Part shown: positions 47,936 through 57,258 of the stretch, piece after piece
Layout: the number at the start of each line of letters is the position of its first letter
Numbering within the stretch: position 1 is the first letter of the stretch
From: Eubacteriales bacterium
GTDB taxonomy: Bacteria; Bacillota; Clostridia; Oscillospirales; QAKW01
DNA: 64,000 nucleotides
Direction of reading: 5' to 3'
Assembly: GCA_045593905.1 (NCBI GenBank)
Contig: JAZNXL010000014.1
Location: 19,848-83,847 of the forward strand
Notes under the pieces: model-generated
What the model was told of the DNA's origin: nothing
The model's input: the letters and a program-made list of their open reading frames with translations, nothing else
Databases searched by the model: none
Translations under genes and position numbers: made by a program

Positions 47936-49042
47936 ATGAATATTGTTGTTGCAGGCGGCGGAACAGCGGGGCATATAAACCCTGCAATCACCATTGCCAA
48001 CACAATAAAACAAAAATGCGAAAACGCAAATATACTGTTTTTGGGCAACAAAGACTCACTTGAGCAAAAGCTTGTTACAAAAGCAGGCTACGATATAAAA
48101 TTTATTCGTGTTACAGGCTTAAAACGCAGCTTGAGCCTTCATAATGCAAAAGCACTTGCATACTTTTTAAAGTCGGTTGCCGACTGTAAAAAAATACTCA
48201 AAGATTTTAAAGCCGACGTTGTTATAGGCACGGGCGGTTATGTCAGCGGACCTGTGGTTTATGCTGCGCACTCGCTCGGCATAAAAACCGCCATCCACGA
48301 ACAAAACGCATACCCCGGCGTTACAAGCAGGTTTTTATCGCGCTTTGTAGATACCGTTTTTATAAGCTTTGAATCGTCACGTAAATATTTTGACAAAGCA
48401 AAAAACGTTGTTTTAACAGGCAACCCGCTCGACTCAAAATTCTTGTTTGCCGACAAAGCAAAAAGCCGCAAAGAGCTTGGTATTCCTGACGATGCGTTTT
48501 ATGTGCTTTCATTTGCAGGCTCGCTCGGTGCCCGCGAAATTAACAAGGTAATAACTGATGTTATTATTAAAAACGATGCTGAAAAAGACTTTTATCACAC
48601 CCACGCGACAGGTAGCTTTGGCTATAAATGGATGCCGGGCGAGCTTTTAAAGCACGGCTTTGACGTCTTAAAAAAATCGCACATTGATGTTTTAGAATAT
48701 ATCTACGATATGCCGCTTCGACTTGCCGCTTGTGATGTTGTGGTATCGCGCGCAGGCGCAATAACCCTTGGTGAGATTACAGCACAGGGCAAAGCATCAA
48801 TTTTAATACCTTCGCCAAACGTTACAAACAACCACCAATACCATAACGCAATGTCGCTTGTAAACGCAGGCGCGGCAAAAATAATAGAAGAAAAAGACTT
48901 AACTGCAAACAGGCTTTATGATGCAATACTCGAAATTAAAAAAAATCCTGACCTTGCAAAAAGCTTAGGCAAAAACGCATCAAAATGCGCACTGCTTCGT
49001 GCCGCTGAAGAAATTTACAACGGTATAATAAAACTAATTTAA
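47936..49042 (+). CDS. murG: UDP-N-acetylglucosamine--N-acetylmuramyl-(pentapeptide) pyrophosphoryl-undecaprenol GlcNAc transferase
   Basis: GGGTAGHINPA N-terminus, and GAITLGEI...SILIPSP...NHQ..NA. Confidence 0.94.
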   Translation: MNIVVAGGGTAGHINPAITIANTIKQKCENANILFLGNKDSLEQKLVTKAGYDIKFIRVTGLKRSLSLHNAKALAYFLKSVADCKKILKDFKADVVIGTGGYVSGPVVYAAHSLGIKTAIHEQNAYPGVTSRFLSRFVDTVFISFESSRKYFDKAKNVVLTGNPLDSKFLFADKAKSRKELGIPDDAFYVLSFAGSLGAREINKVITDVIIKNDAEKDFYHTHATGSFGYKWMPGELLKHGFDVLKKSHIDVLEYIYDMPLRLAACDVVVSRAGAITLGEITAQGKASILIPSPNVTNNHQYHNAMSLVNAGAAKIIEEKDLTANRLYDAILEIKKNPDLAKSLGKNASKCALLRAAEEIYNGIIKLI

Positions 49043-49050
49043 CAAAAAAT

Positions 49051-49085
49051 CTCCGCCTTACATAGAATAAGACGGAGGTTTTTTT
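49051..49085 (+). promoter_or_regulatory. terminator-like hairpin whose 3' arm contains the murA Shine-Dalgarno sequence
   Basis: CTCCGCCTTA / TAAGACGGAG stem with one mismatch, followed by a T7 run that reaches the ATG at 49086. GGAGG (49074-49078) is part of the stem. Confidence 0.5.
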
Positions 49086-50348
49086 ATGCCACAATACATT
49101 ATAAACGGGGGCAAAAAGCTTGTTGGCAGTGTTACTGTCGGCGGTGCAAAAAACGCCGTGCTTCCAATACTTTGCGCCTGTATTCTGTGTGATACAGGTA
49201 CTGTAACTTTAACTAACTGCCCCGATATAAGCGACGTTACATACACAGTAAAAATATTAAAAAAACTTGGTTGTAAAGTGTGTGTGGATGGCGGACAAAT
49301 CACAGTTGATGCAACCAACTCTCACTTTGTCTCTCTTGATTGCGACGAGATAAAAATGCTTCGCTCAACCGCACTTTTTTTAGGTGCGCAAATTGGCAGG
49401 TTCAATAACGCCGAACAGTGCTTGCCGGGCGGTTGCGAACTCGGACCAAGACCAATCGACTTGCATCTTTTAGCGTTTGCCGAAATGGGTATAACGGTAA
49501 CTCTTGGCGATGGTGTTATATCCTGCGACGGATGTGCACGCAGTGCAAACATAAACCTAAAATTTCCAAGCGTTGGTGCCACCGAAAACATAATGCTTGC
49601 CGCCTGTAAATCAAACTGCAGCGTAAAAATAAGCGGAGCGGCCAGAGAACCCGAGATTGTAGACCTGCAAAACTTTATAAATGCAATGGGCGGAAAAATA
49701 AGGGGAGCAGGAACCGACACAATTATTATAGAAGGTGTTGAAAAACTTGTCGGTGTGAATTATAATATAATAAGCGACAGAATAGAGGCGGCTACCTATA
49801 TGGCGGCGGCGCTTACAACCAACGGCAACGTAACTGTAAACGGCATTAACTTTGAGCACATTTTAAGCTTTACCGACTTTTGCGTAAACGTTGGCGGCGG
49901 CGTTGTTTTTAACAAAAACAGCGTAACAGTAAGTCGCGCATCGCCCTGGCTTTTGGCTGTAGATTATATAGAAACCGCACCATACCCTGCGTTTGCCACC
50001 GATGCACAGTCGCTTGCGCTCTCTGTGCTCACTCTCGGCATCGGCACAAGCTGTATTTGTGAAAAAATATTTTCTGACAGACTCGGTGTTGCGGCTGAGC
50101 TTAACAAGATGGGTGCAGACATAACAGTTATTGGCAACCGCGCGTATGTAAACGGCGTTAAAAAGCTACACGGTGCAAACGTCAGCGCCTGCGATTTGCG
50201 TTCGGGTGCGGCGCTTGTTATTGCAGCCCTCGGCGCAGAGGGAACAACTGTAATCTCGGGTGCGCATCATATTCTTCGCGGCTACCAAAATCTTTTGCAA
50301 AATCTTACGGCGCTCGGCGCTGATATTCAACTTATAAAGGATACATAA
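49086..50348 (+). CDS. murA: UDP-N-acetylglucosamine 1-carboxyvinyltransferase
   Basis: VGGAKNAVLPIL; active-site loop LPGGCELGPRPIDLH with the catalytic Cys. Confidence 0.94.
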   Translation: MPQYIINGGKKLVGSVTVGGAKNAVLPILCACILCDTGTVTLTNCPDISDVTYTVKILKKLGCKVCVDGGQITVDATNSHFVSLDCDEIKMLRSTALFLGAQIGRFNNAEQCLPGGCELGPRPIDLHLLAFAEMGITVTLGDGVISCDGCARSANINLKFPSVGATENIMLAACKSNCSVKISGAAREPEIVDLQNFINAMGGKIRGAGTDTIIIEGVEKLVGVNYNIISDRIEAATYMAAALTTNGNVTVNGINFEHILSFTDFCVNVGGGVVFNKNSVTVSRASPWLLAVDYIETAPYPAFATDAQSLALSVLTLGIGTSCICEKIFSDRLGVAAELNKMGADITVIGNRAYVNGVKKLHGANVSACDLRSGAALVIAALGAEGTTVISGAHHILRGYQNLLQNLTALGADIQLIKDT

Positions 50349-50349
50349 A

Positions 50350-51120
50350 ATGAGCGAACAAAACAAAACTCTTGCGCGTTACTACGCGAAAAAGAAAAAA
50401 ATAAAAAAGCGCCGCGAGGTAGTGTTTTACACAATACTCGTAACTCTTTTAATTTCGGTAATAACGGTGCTTTCGCTTACCGTGTTTTTTAACATAAACA
50501 AAATTACAATTACAGGTAATGATTTTTACAGCAATAAGCAAATTATTAAGGTTGCGGGTCTTGAAAAAGGCGACAACCTTTTCAGACTTAACAAGTTTAA
50601 AATTATTGAGCACTTAAAACAAGAGCTGCCTTATCTTGATACAGTCGAAATTGACAGGCACCTGCCTGTTTCAATCGAAATCAAGGTTACCGAGTGTGAG
50701 CCGTTTTTGAGCATTAACACCTCAAAAACCTCATACCTTGTAGACAGTTCTTTAAAGGTTCTCGAAAAAACCGACACCCCGCCAACAACTCTTGCGCAGG
50801 TAAAGGGCTTTAAGGTTAAAAAAGCAGAGGTGGGCGATTATATAACCGATACAAAAGGCGCCGAAAAACACTTAAAGCAGCTTTGCAGCGAGCTTTACAA
50901 GCAGTTTGGCGCGGGTAAGGTTACAAAAATCGACATAAAAACCACCTACGACATTAAAGTGACATACGAGGACCGCGTTAAAATAAAACTCGGCACACTC
51001 GAAAATTTAGAGCAAAAATTAAGCCTTGTAAACTACGTTCTCAACGAAAACAGTAAAAATGAACACGCTTCAATCGATGTGTCATCGGGCACTCGCGCAT
51101 ATTATAAGGCGGACGATTAA
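50350..51120 (+). CDS. ftsQ: cell division protein FtsQ/DivIB (POTRA domain)
   Basis: N-terminal TM, a POTRA-like segment (ITITGNDFYSNKQIIKVAGLEKGDNLF) and a beta-rich C-domain. Canonical position before ftsZ. Confidence 0.8.
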   Translation: MSEQNKTLARYYAKKKKIKKRREVVFYTILVTLLISVITVLSLTVFFNINKITITGNDFYSNKQIIKVAGLEKGDNLFRLNKFKIIEHLKQELPYLDTVEIDRHLPVSIEIKVTECEPFLSINTSKTSYLVDSSLKVLEKTDTPPTTLAQVKGFKVKKAEVGDYITDTKGAEKHLKQLCSELYKQFGAGKVTKIDIKTTYDIKVTYEDRVKIKLGTLENLEQKLSLVNYVLNENSKNEHASIDVSSGTRAYYKADD

Positions 51121-51196
51121 ATTTTTTTAAAAAAGCCTTGAAAATATATACAAGATATAATAAAATATTATATATAAATTTTAAGGAGATGTCGAA

Positions 51197-52312
51197 ATGG
51201 CAGGTTTTGAATTAGCTGAAAGCACCGAAGGTGTTGTAAATATAAAAGTAATCGGTACAGGTGGCGGCGGTTGTAACGCCGTTAACAGAATGATAGCAAA
51301 CGGCACCAAGGGTGTTGAGTTTATTGCTGTTAATACTGACAGACCCGTACTCGACATATCACGCGCTGACAAAAAAATTCAAATCGGCGCAAAGCTTACT
51401 AAAGGACAGGGCGCAGGCTCTGACCCCGGTATGGGCGAAAAATCAGCGCTCGAAACACGTGAAGAAATTGAAGAAGTTCTTCGCGGAACCGATATGGTAT
51501 TTATCGCGGCAGGTATGGGCGGCGGCACAGGCACAGGCTCTGCTCCCGTTATCGCTCAAATTGCAAAAGAAATGGGTATTTTAACCGTTGCTATTGTAAC
51601 AAAGCCGTTCAACTTCGAAGGTAAACTCAAAATGCGCGTTGCCGAGCAGGGTATTGCAAAGCTTCGTGAGCATGTTGACAGCCTTATCGTAATCCCCAAC
51701 GAAAAACTCAAATACGCATCAGCTGAACGCTTAACACTCTTAAATGCATTCCAGATTGCTGATGACGTTCTCCGTCAGGGTGTTCAAAGTATCTCTGACC
51801 TTATACTTATCCCAGGTCTTGTAAACCTCGACTTTGCCGACGTTCACAAAATCATGAAAGACGCAGGCAACGCGCATATGGGCGTTGGCCGTGCATCAGG
51901 TAAGGACAAGGCTGAGGCAGCTGCGCAAATGGCAATCTCAAGCCCGCTTCTTGAAACAACAATCGAGGGCGCAACAGGCGTTATTATCAATATTACCGGC
52001 TCACCCGATATCGGTCTTGACGAGGTTGATATTGCTGCTCAAAAAATCACCGAATCAGTTGACCCTGAAGCAAACATTATATGGGGTGCTGCTTTTAATA
52101 ACGACCTTGACGACGAAATGATAATCACAGTTATTGCAACAGGCTTCGACAGCGACAAGCGCGTAACCGCTCCCGTTGTAAACGAGATAAAAGAAGACAC
52201 ATTTATCCCTGCAACTGTTGAAGATGTTGAAGAACAAGACGATGTTGTCGACGATGAAGATTTTACATCGTCACTTATGAAGTTTTTTAAAAGCAAATCA
52301 GACGAGGAATAA
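51197..52312 (+). CDS. ftsZ: cell division protein FtsZ
   Basis: [23 protein letters not shown] and tubulin signature [13 protein letters not shown]. Confidence 0.98.
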   Translation: MAGFELAESTEGVVNIKVIGTGGGGCNAVNRMIANGTKGVEFIAVNTDRPVLDISRADKKIQIGAKLTKGQGAGSDPGMGEKSALETREEIEEVLRGTDMVFIAAGMGGGTGTGSAPVIAQIAKEMGILTVAIVTKPFNFEGKLKMRVAEQGIAKLREHVDSLIVIPNEKLKYASAERLTLLNAFQIADDVLRQGVQSISDLILIPGLVNLDFADVHKIMKDAGNAHMGVGRASGKDKAEAAAQMAISSPLLETTIEGATGVIINITGSPDIGLDEVDIAAQKITESVDPEANIIWGAAFNNDLDDEMIITVIATGFDSDKRVTAPVVNEIKEDTFIPATVEDVEEQDDVVDDEDFTSSLMKFFKSKSDEE

Positions 52313-52315
52313 TTA

Positions 52316-52345
52316 AAAGCCCTACAAAAAAGTAGGGCTTTTTTA
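52316..52345 (+). terminator. rho-independent terminator after ftsZ
   Basis: Stem AAAGCCCTAC / GTAGGGCTTT with an A-rich loop and a T-run. Confidence 0.85.
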
Positions 52346-52352
52346 TAAATTT

Positions 52353-53213
52353 ATGAAAAGAATTTTACAAGTTATTACAATTATCATAATACTCTCGCTC
52401 GTTAGTTCTTGCGCAACACCTGTAATAAGTGAAAAGCCAAAAGTAGAAAAAGCTTACCTGACTAAAAGCGTTGACCTGCCCGTTTTAATGTACCACCATA
52501 TCAGCTATGGCGAGGGCAAAACAAGCGTAACCCCCGAAATTTTCGAAATGCATATTGTAGAACTCAAAACGGCAGGCTATAACACTATCGATATTTTTGA
52601 CCTTTACGAATATGTTACAGGCGATACCGAACTGCCCGAAAATCCCATTTTAATCACTTTTGACGACGGGTATACAAGTAACATTGAATATGGTTATCCC
52701 ATTCTTAAAAAATATGACTACAAAGCCACAGTTTTTGTAATTGGCTCAATGATGGGAAAAGATACATACCACGATGGCCTCCCTATGATACCTCATTTTT
52801 CAACATGGGATGTTGACTCTGTTCAAGGCGTACTCGATGTTCAAAGCCACGGCTACGGTTTTCACGCTGTCGACGGCAGATACTCTGCGGGAGAGCGCAG
52901 GGGAGTTTTGCGTCACGAGGGCGAAAGTCACGAAGACTATGTAAAAGCGTTCGAAAACGATTGCGATAAAATGTCAAAATTGCTTGGCTATACGCCTGTT
53001 GCTTTTGCTTATCCTTACGGCGAGTACAACGAAGAATCTCACCAAATCTTAAAAGACCTCGGCTTTGTTGCAACCGTTACCATTGACGAGGGTATAAATA
53101 CAATTGTAAGGGGCGACCCCGACTCGCTTTATAACCTTAAACGTTTTAATATGACAAACGAAACCACACCGCAAGAACTTATACAAACAATAAAGAATGA
53201 AAAAACCGCCTAA
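52353..53213 (+). CDS. polysaccharide (peptidoglycan) deacetylase family lipoprotein
   Basis: Lipobox LVSSC; NodB-domain motifs ITFDDGY and HGY.H. Confidence 0.85.
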   Translation: MKRILQVITIIIILSLVSSCATPVISEKPKVEKAYLTKSVDLPVLMYHHISYGEGKTSVTPEIFEMHIVELKTAGYNTIDIFDLYEYVTGDTELPENPILITFDDGYTSNIEYGYPILKKYDYKATVFVIGSMMGKDTYHDGLPMIPHFSTWDVDSVQGVLDVQSHGYGFHAVDGRYSAGERRGVLRHEGESHEDYVKAFENDCDKMSKLLGYTPVAFAYPYGEYNEESHQILKDLGFVATVTIDEGINTIVRGDPDSLYNLKRFNMTNETTPQELIQTIKNEKTA

Positions 53214-53230
53214 AAGGCGGTTTTAATTTT
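53201..53230. terminator. bidirectional terminator shared by the deacetylase gene and rnpB
   Basis: Stem AAAACCGCC / GGCGGTTTT with A-run and T-run flanks. The deacetylase stop codon lies in the loop. Confidence 0.8.
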
Positions 53231-53232
53231 TT

Positions 53233-53690
53233 AGCAACGAGTAAATCTGTAAGCCGAGTTCTGTCGTGAACGGCCATCTATCTGGAGAATACATTACTGC
53301 ACCTCTCAAGCCACCCGTCAAGGCTCAAGCGGACGAACAGCCCATCGCCTTTGTCGGTGTTGCATCGGATAGGGTTTACAGCGGACCTATGTCACCATAG
53401 GAACTTGTGAGCTCTTACCTCACCTTTCCACCCTTACACGTCGTCCCAAACTTCGCTATATTCGGATTTTGTGTATGCAAATCCTTCATTGGCTCCGTTG
53501 CTCCTCCTTTCCGATTTAAATTTTGCAATTTAAATCGGGCAAAAGAATTGCTTCGCAACAACGAGCGGTTTATTTCTGTTGCACTTTCCCTGAGGTCACC
53601 CTCGGTGGACGTTATCCATTATCCTGTTCTGTGATGCTCGGACTTTCCTCCATAGCAAATGCTACGGCGGCCGTTTAATTTACTCGTCGG
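53233..53690 (-). ncRNA. rnpB: RNase P RNA, bacterial type A, ~458 nt
   Basis: The minus strand contains GGAGGAAAGUCCGAGC, GUGCAACAGAAA, GUAAGGGUGGAAAGGUGAGGUAAGAGCUCAC, GGUAAACCC and ACGACAGAACUCGGCUUACAG. P1 pairs 53690-53678 with 53246-53233. Confidence 0.93.
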
Positions 53691-53695
53691 CAAAT

Positions 53696-53724
53696 ATTGT
53701 ACCATTTTAGTTTAAAAAAATCAA
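53696..53724 (-). promoter_or_regulatory. rnpB promoter
   Basis: Read on the minus strand: TTGATT, 17 nt, TACAAT, with extended -10 TGGTACAAT. It ends about 6 nt before the predicted RNA 5' end. Confidence 0.6.
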
Positions 53725-53741
53725 ATCTTTTTTAAAACCGA

Positions 53742-53770
53742 TTGATAAAATAATATATATATTATATAAT
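53742..53770 (+). promoter_or_regulatory. murD promoter
   Basis: TTGATA, 17 nt, TATAAT within an AT-rich tract. GGAGG RBS before the GTG at 53801. Confidence 0.5.
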
Positions 53771-53800
53771 ATATAATAATTATTATGCGGAGGTATAACT

Positions 53801-55192
53801 GTGAACGCAAAATTCGAAAGCTTTTTAAAATCAATCAAAGGTAAAACAGTTGGCGTTGTAGGTATTGGTGTTTCTAACACTCCCGTAATCACAATGTTTG
53901 CAAAAGCAGGTGCAAAAGTTATAGCCTACGACAAAAACGAACAGCAAAACCTCGGCGATATTGCAAGCGAGCTTATAAATTTAGGTGTAACACTCGTTTG
54001 CGGAAAAGATTATCTTGATTCGCTCTCGGGCGACATTATAATAAAAACCCCCGGCCTTCGCTTTGACCACCCCGCGCTTTTAAATGCGGCAAAAAACGGT
54101 GCAACCATCACAAGCGAAATGGAGCTGTTTTTTGAGTACTGCCCCTGTAAAATAGTTGCAGTAACAGGCTCTGACGGAAAAACCACTACTACAAGCATTA
54201 TATATCAAATGCTAAAAGCATCAGGCAAAAAGGTGCACCTTGGCGGTAACATTGGCAGACCACTTTTACCGCAAATAGAACAAATTAAGCCTGATGACGT
54301 TGTTGTTGCGGAGCTTTCAAGCTTCCAGCTCCACACAATGAAAAAGAGCGCCGATATAGCGGTTGTTACCAACCTCTCGCCAAACCACCTCGATATGCAC
54401 AAAGATATGGACGAATACGTTTTTGCAAAAACCAACATTTTTGCGCACCAGTCGGGCGACGGCGTTGTAGTTTTAAACTACGATAACGATATTACCAATG
54501 GCTTTGAGCCAATGGCAAAAGGCAGCGTTAAAAAATTCAGCTTTAATAGTGTGCCCGATTGTGACGGCGCGTTTTATAAAGACCAAACAATCTTTTATAA
54601 ACAGGGTGACGATATTGTCCCGGTCGTTAAAAAGAGCGATGTTTTAATTCGCGGCGACCACAACATCGAAAACTATATGGCAGCAATAACAGCTCTTTGG
54701 GGTATTGTAACTACCGATGTTATGCTAAACACCGCACGTACGTTTTCGGGTGTTCGCCACCGTATTGAGTTTGTTGCCACTAAAAACGGCGTAAGCTACT
54801 ATAACGACTCAATCGGCTCGTCGCCAACACGTACAATTGCAACACTCAAATCGTTTGACCAAAAGGTTATTTTAATTGCAGGCGGTTACGATAAAAAACT
54901 GTCGTACGACCCGCTTGCACCCGAGATTTTACAACACGCAAAAGCACTCTTTTTAACAGGCGCTACCGCTAACAAAATAAAGCTTGCGGTTGAGAGCGCC
55001 AAAGAGTTTGAAACCGCTAAAATTGATATATTTGTAATTGACGAGTTTGACGATGCGGTTAACTGCGCCGCCGCTTATGCAAAGACAGGCGACATAGTTT
55101 TGCTTTCGCCCGCATCTGCAAGCTTTGATAAGTTTAAAAACTTCGAAGTCCGCGGTGACAGGTTTGTGTCACTTGTAAACCAGCTTAACTAA
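53801..55192 (+). CDS. murD: UDP-N-acetylmuramoylalanine--D-glutamate ligase
   Basis: N-terminal Rossmann VGVVGIGVSN, P-loop VTGSDGKTTTT, and GGYDKK...; GTG start. Confidence 0.93.
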   Translation: MNAKFESFLKSIKGKTVGVVGIGVSNTPVITMFAKAGAKVIAYDKNEQQNLGDIASELINLGVTLVCGKDYLDSLSGDIIIKTPGLRFDHPALLNAAKNGATITSEMELFFEYCPCKIVAVTGSDGKTTTTSIIYQMLKASGKKVHLGGNIGRPLLPQIEQIKPDDVVVAELSSFQLHTMKKSADIAVVTNLSPNHLDMHKDMDEYVFAKTNIFAHQSGDGVVVLNYDNDITNGFEPMAKGSVKKFSFNSVPDCDGAFYKDQTIFYKQGDDIVPVVKKSDVLIRGDHNIENYMAAITALWGIVTTDVMLNTARTFSGVRHRIEFVATKNGVSYYNDSIGSSPTRTIATLKSFDQKVILIAGGYDKKLSYDPLAPEILQHAKALFLTGATANKIKLAVESAKEFETAKIDIFVIDEFDDAVNCAAAYAKTGDIVLLSPASASFDKFKNFEVRGDRFVSLVNQLN

Positions 55193-55207
55193 AGAGGTGA
55201 CGTTTCT

Positions 55208-56245
55208 TTGGAAAATATAAAAAACTACTTTTTTGAGCTATGCTCTGATAACGCGCCGTCGGGCAGAGAAGACCTTTTATGCTCGCTTGAGCGCATTGTA
55301 ACACCGCTTGCCGATAAGGTCTATCGCGACTCATCAGGCAACCTTATCGCTGTGAAATACAGCGGTATTGCGGGCGCGGACAGGCTTATGCTCGATGCAC
55401 ACGCTGACGAGGTAGGCTTAATTGTAACCCACATCGACGAGCGCGGCTTTATCCATTTTGATAACCACGCAGGCATTGACAACCGAATTTTGCCTGCATC
55501 AACTGTAACAGTTCTTGGTAAACGCGCTATCACAGGCGTTATTGCCACACTCCCGCCGCATCTTTTAAAAGATGCCGACACCTCAAAGGTAATCTCGGCA
55601 AAGGATATGGTAATTGACGTTGGCTATGATGCCGATACCGTAAAACAGCTTGTTCGCCTTGGCGACCTTATAACACTCCGCTCGGGCTGTGTCGACCTTT
55701 TAAATAATCTTGTAATGGGCAAAAGCTTTGACAACCGCGCAAGCTGTGCCGTTGTTTTAAACGTTCTTTCAATGCTCAAAAAGATAAGACCGCGTTTTGA
55801 CGTTTACGCCGTTTTCTCGGCAGGTGAAGAACGCGGCGGCTATGGTGCGCAGGCGGCGGCTTTCGATATTGAGCCGAGCGAGGCAATAGTGCTTGATGCT
55901 ACTTTTGGCATCTCGCCCTATACCAATGAAACAGAGGGCAAAAAATTAGGTGGCGGCGCCGCAATAGGCATAAGCCCCATACTTGATAGCCACATTATGC
56001 AAACACTCGTTGGCTCGGCGCGCTCGCGCAATATTCCGTATCAGCTCGAAATAATGAACGGAAGAACCGGCACCAACGCCGATAAAATCGTAACCTCAAG
56101 AGCGGGCGTTCCGTGTGCACTAATTTCAATACCGCTAAGGTATATGCACTCGGCAAGTGAGGTTGTGTCAATGACCGACCTTGAAAACGCATCGCGACTT
56201 ATTCTTAATTATGTTGAATATAGGGGAGGTGTGTTCGGTGAATAA
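55208..56245 (+). CDS. M42 family metallopeptidase (glutamyl aminopeptidase / TET-like), copy 1
   Basis: Motifs DAHADEVGLIVTHID, KSFDNRASC, EE.GG.GA and RYMHS; TTG start. Confidence 0.85.
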   Translation: MENIKNYFFELCSDNAPSGREDLLCSLERIVTPLADKVYRDSSGNLIAVKYSGIAGADRLMLDAHADEVGLIVTHIDERGFIHFDNHAGIDNRILPASTVTVLGKRAITGVIATLPPHLLKDADTSKVISAKDMVIDVGYDADTVKQLVRLGDLITLRSGCVDLLNNLVMGKSFDNRASCAVVLNVLSMLKKIRPRFDVYAVFSAGEERGGYGAQAAAFDIEPSEAIVLDATFGISPYTNETEGKKLGGGAAIGISPILDSHIMQTLVGSARSRNIPYQLEIMNGRTGTNADKIVTSRAGVPCALISIPLRYMHSASEVVSMTDLENASRLILNYVEYRGGVFGE

Positions 56246-57248
56246 GCTTTTAAGTTATTACACATCACTTTTTGGTGCATCGGGCAGCGAGGGCGATATC
56301 CGCCGTGCAATCGTTAACGAAATATCCGAATACGCCGACGTAACAGTTGATAAGCTCGGTAATGTACTCGCCTTTAAAAAGGGTAAAGAACCCGCAAGCG
56401 CCACAGTAATGCTGTCGGCACATATGGACGAGGTAGGGCTTATTGTTACCCACGTAACCGACGACGGTTACCTTAAGTTTTTAAATATTGGCGGTATTGA
56501 TGCAAGAACCCTGCCCGGAAAACAGGTTGCGGTTGGCAGAGGCAAGCTCCCCGGTATTATCGGCAGAAAAGCCCCGCATCTTGAAAAGAGCGAAGCAAAA
56601 GAAAAAGCAAAAGAGCTTGATGAACTTTATATTGACATTGGCGCATGCAGTAAAGAAGACGCGCTAAACCACATAAATATAGGCGATGTTGTTGGCTTCA
56701 GGTCAGACTATGCCGAGTTTGGCAACAACCTTGTTCGTGCAAAGGCGCTCGACGACCGCATCGGCTGTCAAATTTTGACCGAGCTTATTAAACAAGACCT
56801 GCCGTTTGACACCTGGTTTTGCTTTACCGTAATGGAAGAAATCGGTTGCGTTGGCGCAGGCTGTGCCGCTTTTGAAATAAAGCCCGACTACTCAATTGTA
56901 ATTGAGGGTACAACCGCGGCTGATATTTCAACCGACACCCAAAAATCTCCCGTTTGCCGCGTAGGTGACGGTCCTGTAATCTCGTTTATGGACGGCTCTA
57001 CAATCTATAATAAAGACTTTATAAAACTTGCAATAACTACCGCAAAAGAAAACGGAATAGCATATCAGCTAAAACAAGCTGTCGCAGGCGGTAACGACTC
57101 CGGCGCAATTCAGCGCACAGCCGCAGGTACATCAGCGCTTGCAATATCGGTTGCAGTAAGATACCTGCACACCGCTATGGGTGTTGCCTCGCTTGACGAT
57201 ATTGCAAACACAAAGCGCCTTGTAAGTGCACTTTTACAACAGCTTTAA
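56238..57248 (+). CDS. M42 family metallopeptidase, copy 2
   Basis: Motifs SAHMDEVGLIVTHV, KALDDRIGC, MEEIGCVGA and RYLHT. GTG at 56238 behind GGGGAGGTG, overlapping the copy 1 stop by 8 nt. Confidence 0.85.
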   Translation: MNKLLSYYTSLFGASGSEGDIRRAIVNEISEYADVTVDKLGNVLAFKKGKEPASATVMLSAHMDEVGLIVTHVTDDGYLKFLNIGGIDARTLPGKQVAVGRGKLPGIIGRKAPHLEKSEAKEKAKELDELYIDIGACSKEDALNHINIGDVVGFRSDYAEFGNNLVRAKALDDRIGCQILTELIKQDLPFDTWFCFTVMEEIGCVGAGCAAFEIKPDYSIVIEGTTAADISTDTQKSPVCRVGDGPVISFMDGSTIYNKDFIKLAITTAKENGIAYQLKQAVAGGNDSGAIQRTAAGTSALAISVAVRYLHTAMGVASLDDIANTKRLVSALLQQL

Positions 57249-57258
57249 GGAGTAACTT

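Noticed and set aside
53407-53634. 75-aa plus-strand ORF.
   Set aside because: It lies wholly inside the RNase P RNA gene, antisense to it, and has no RBS.
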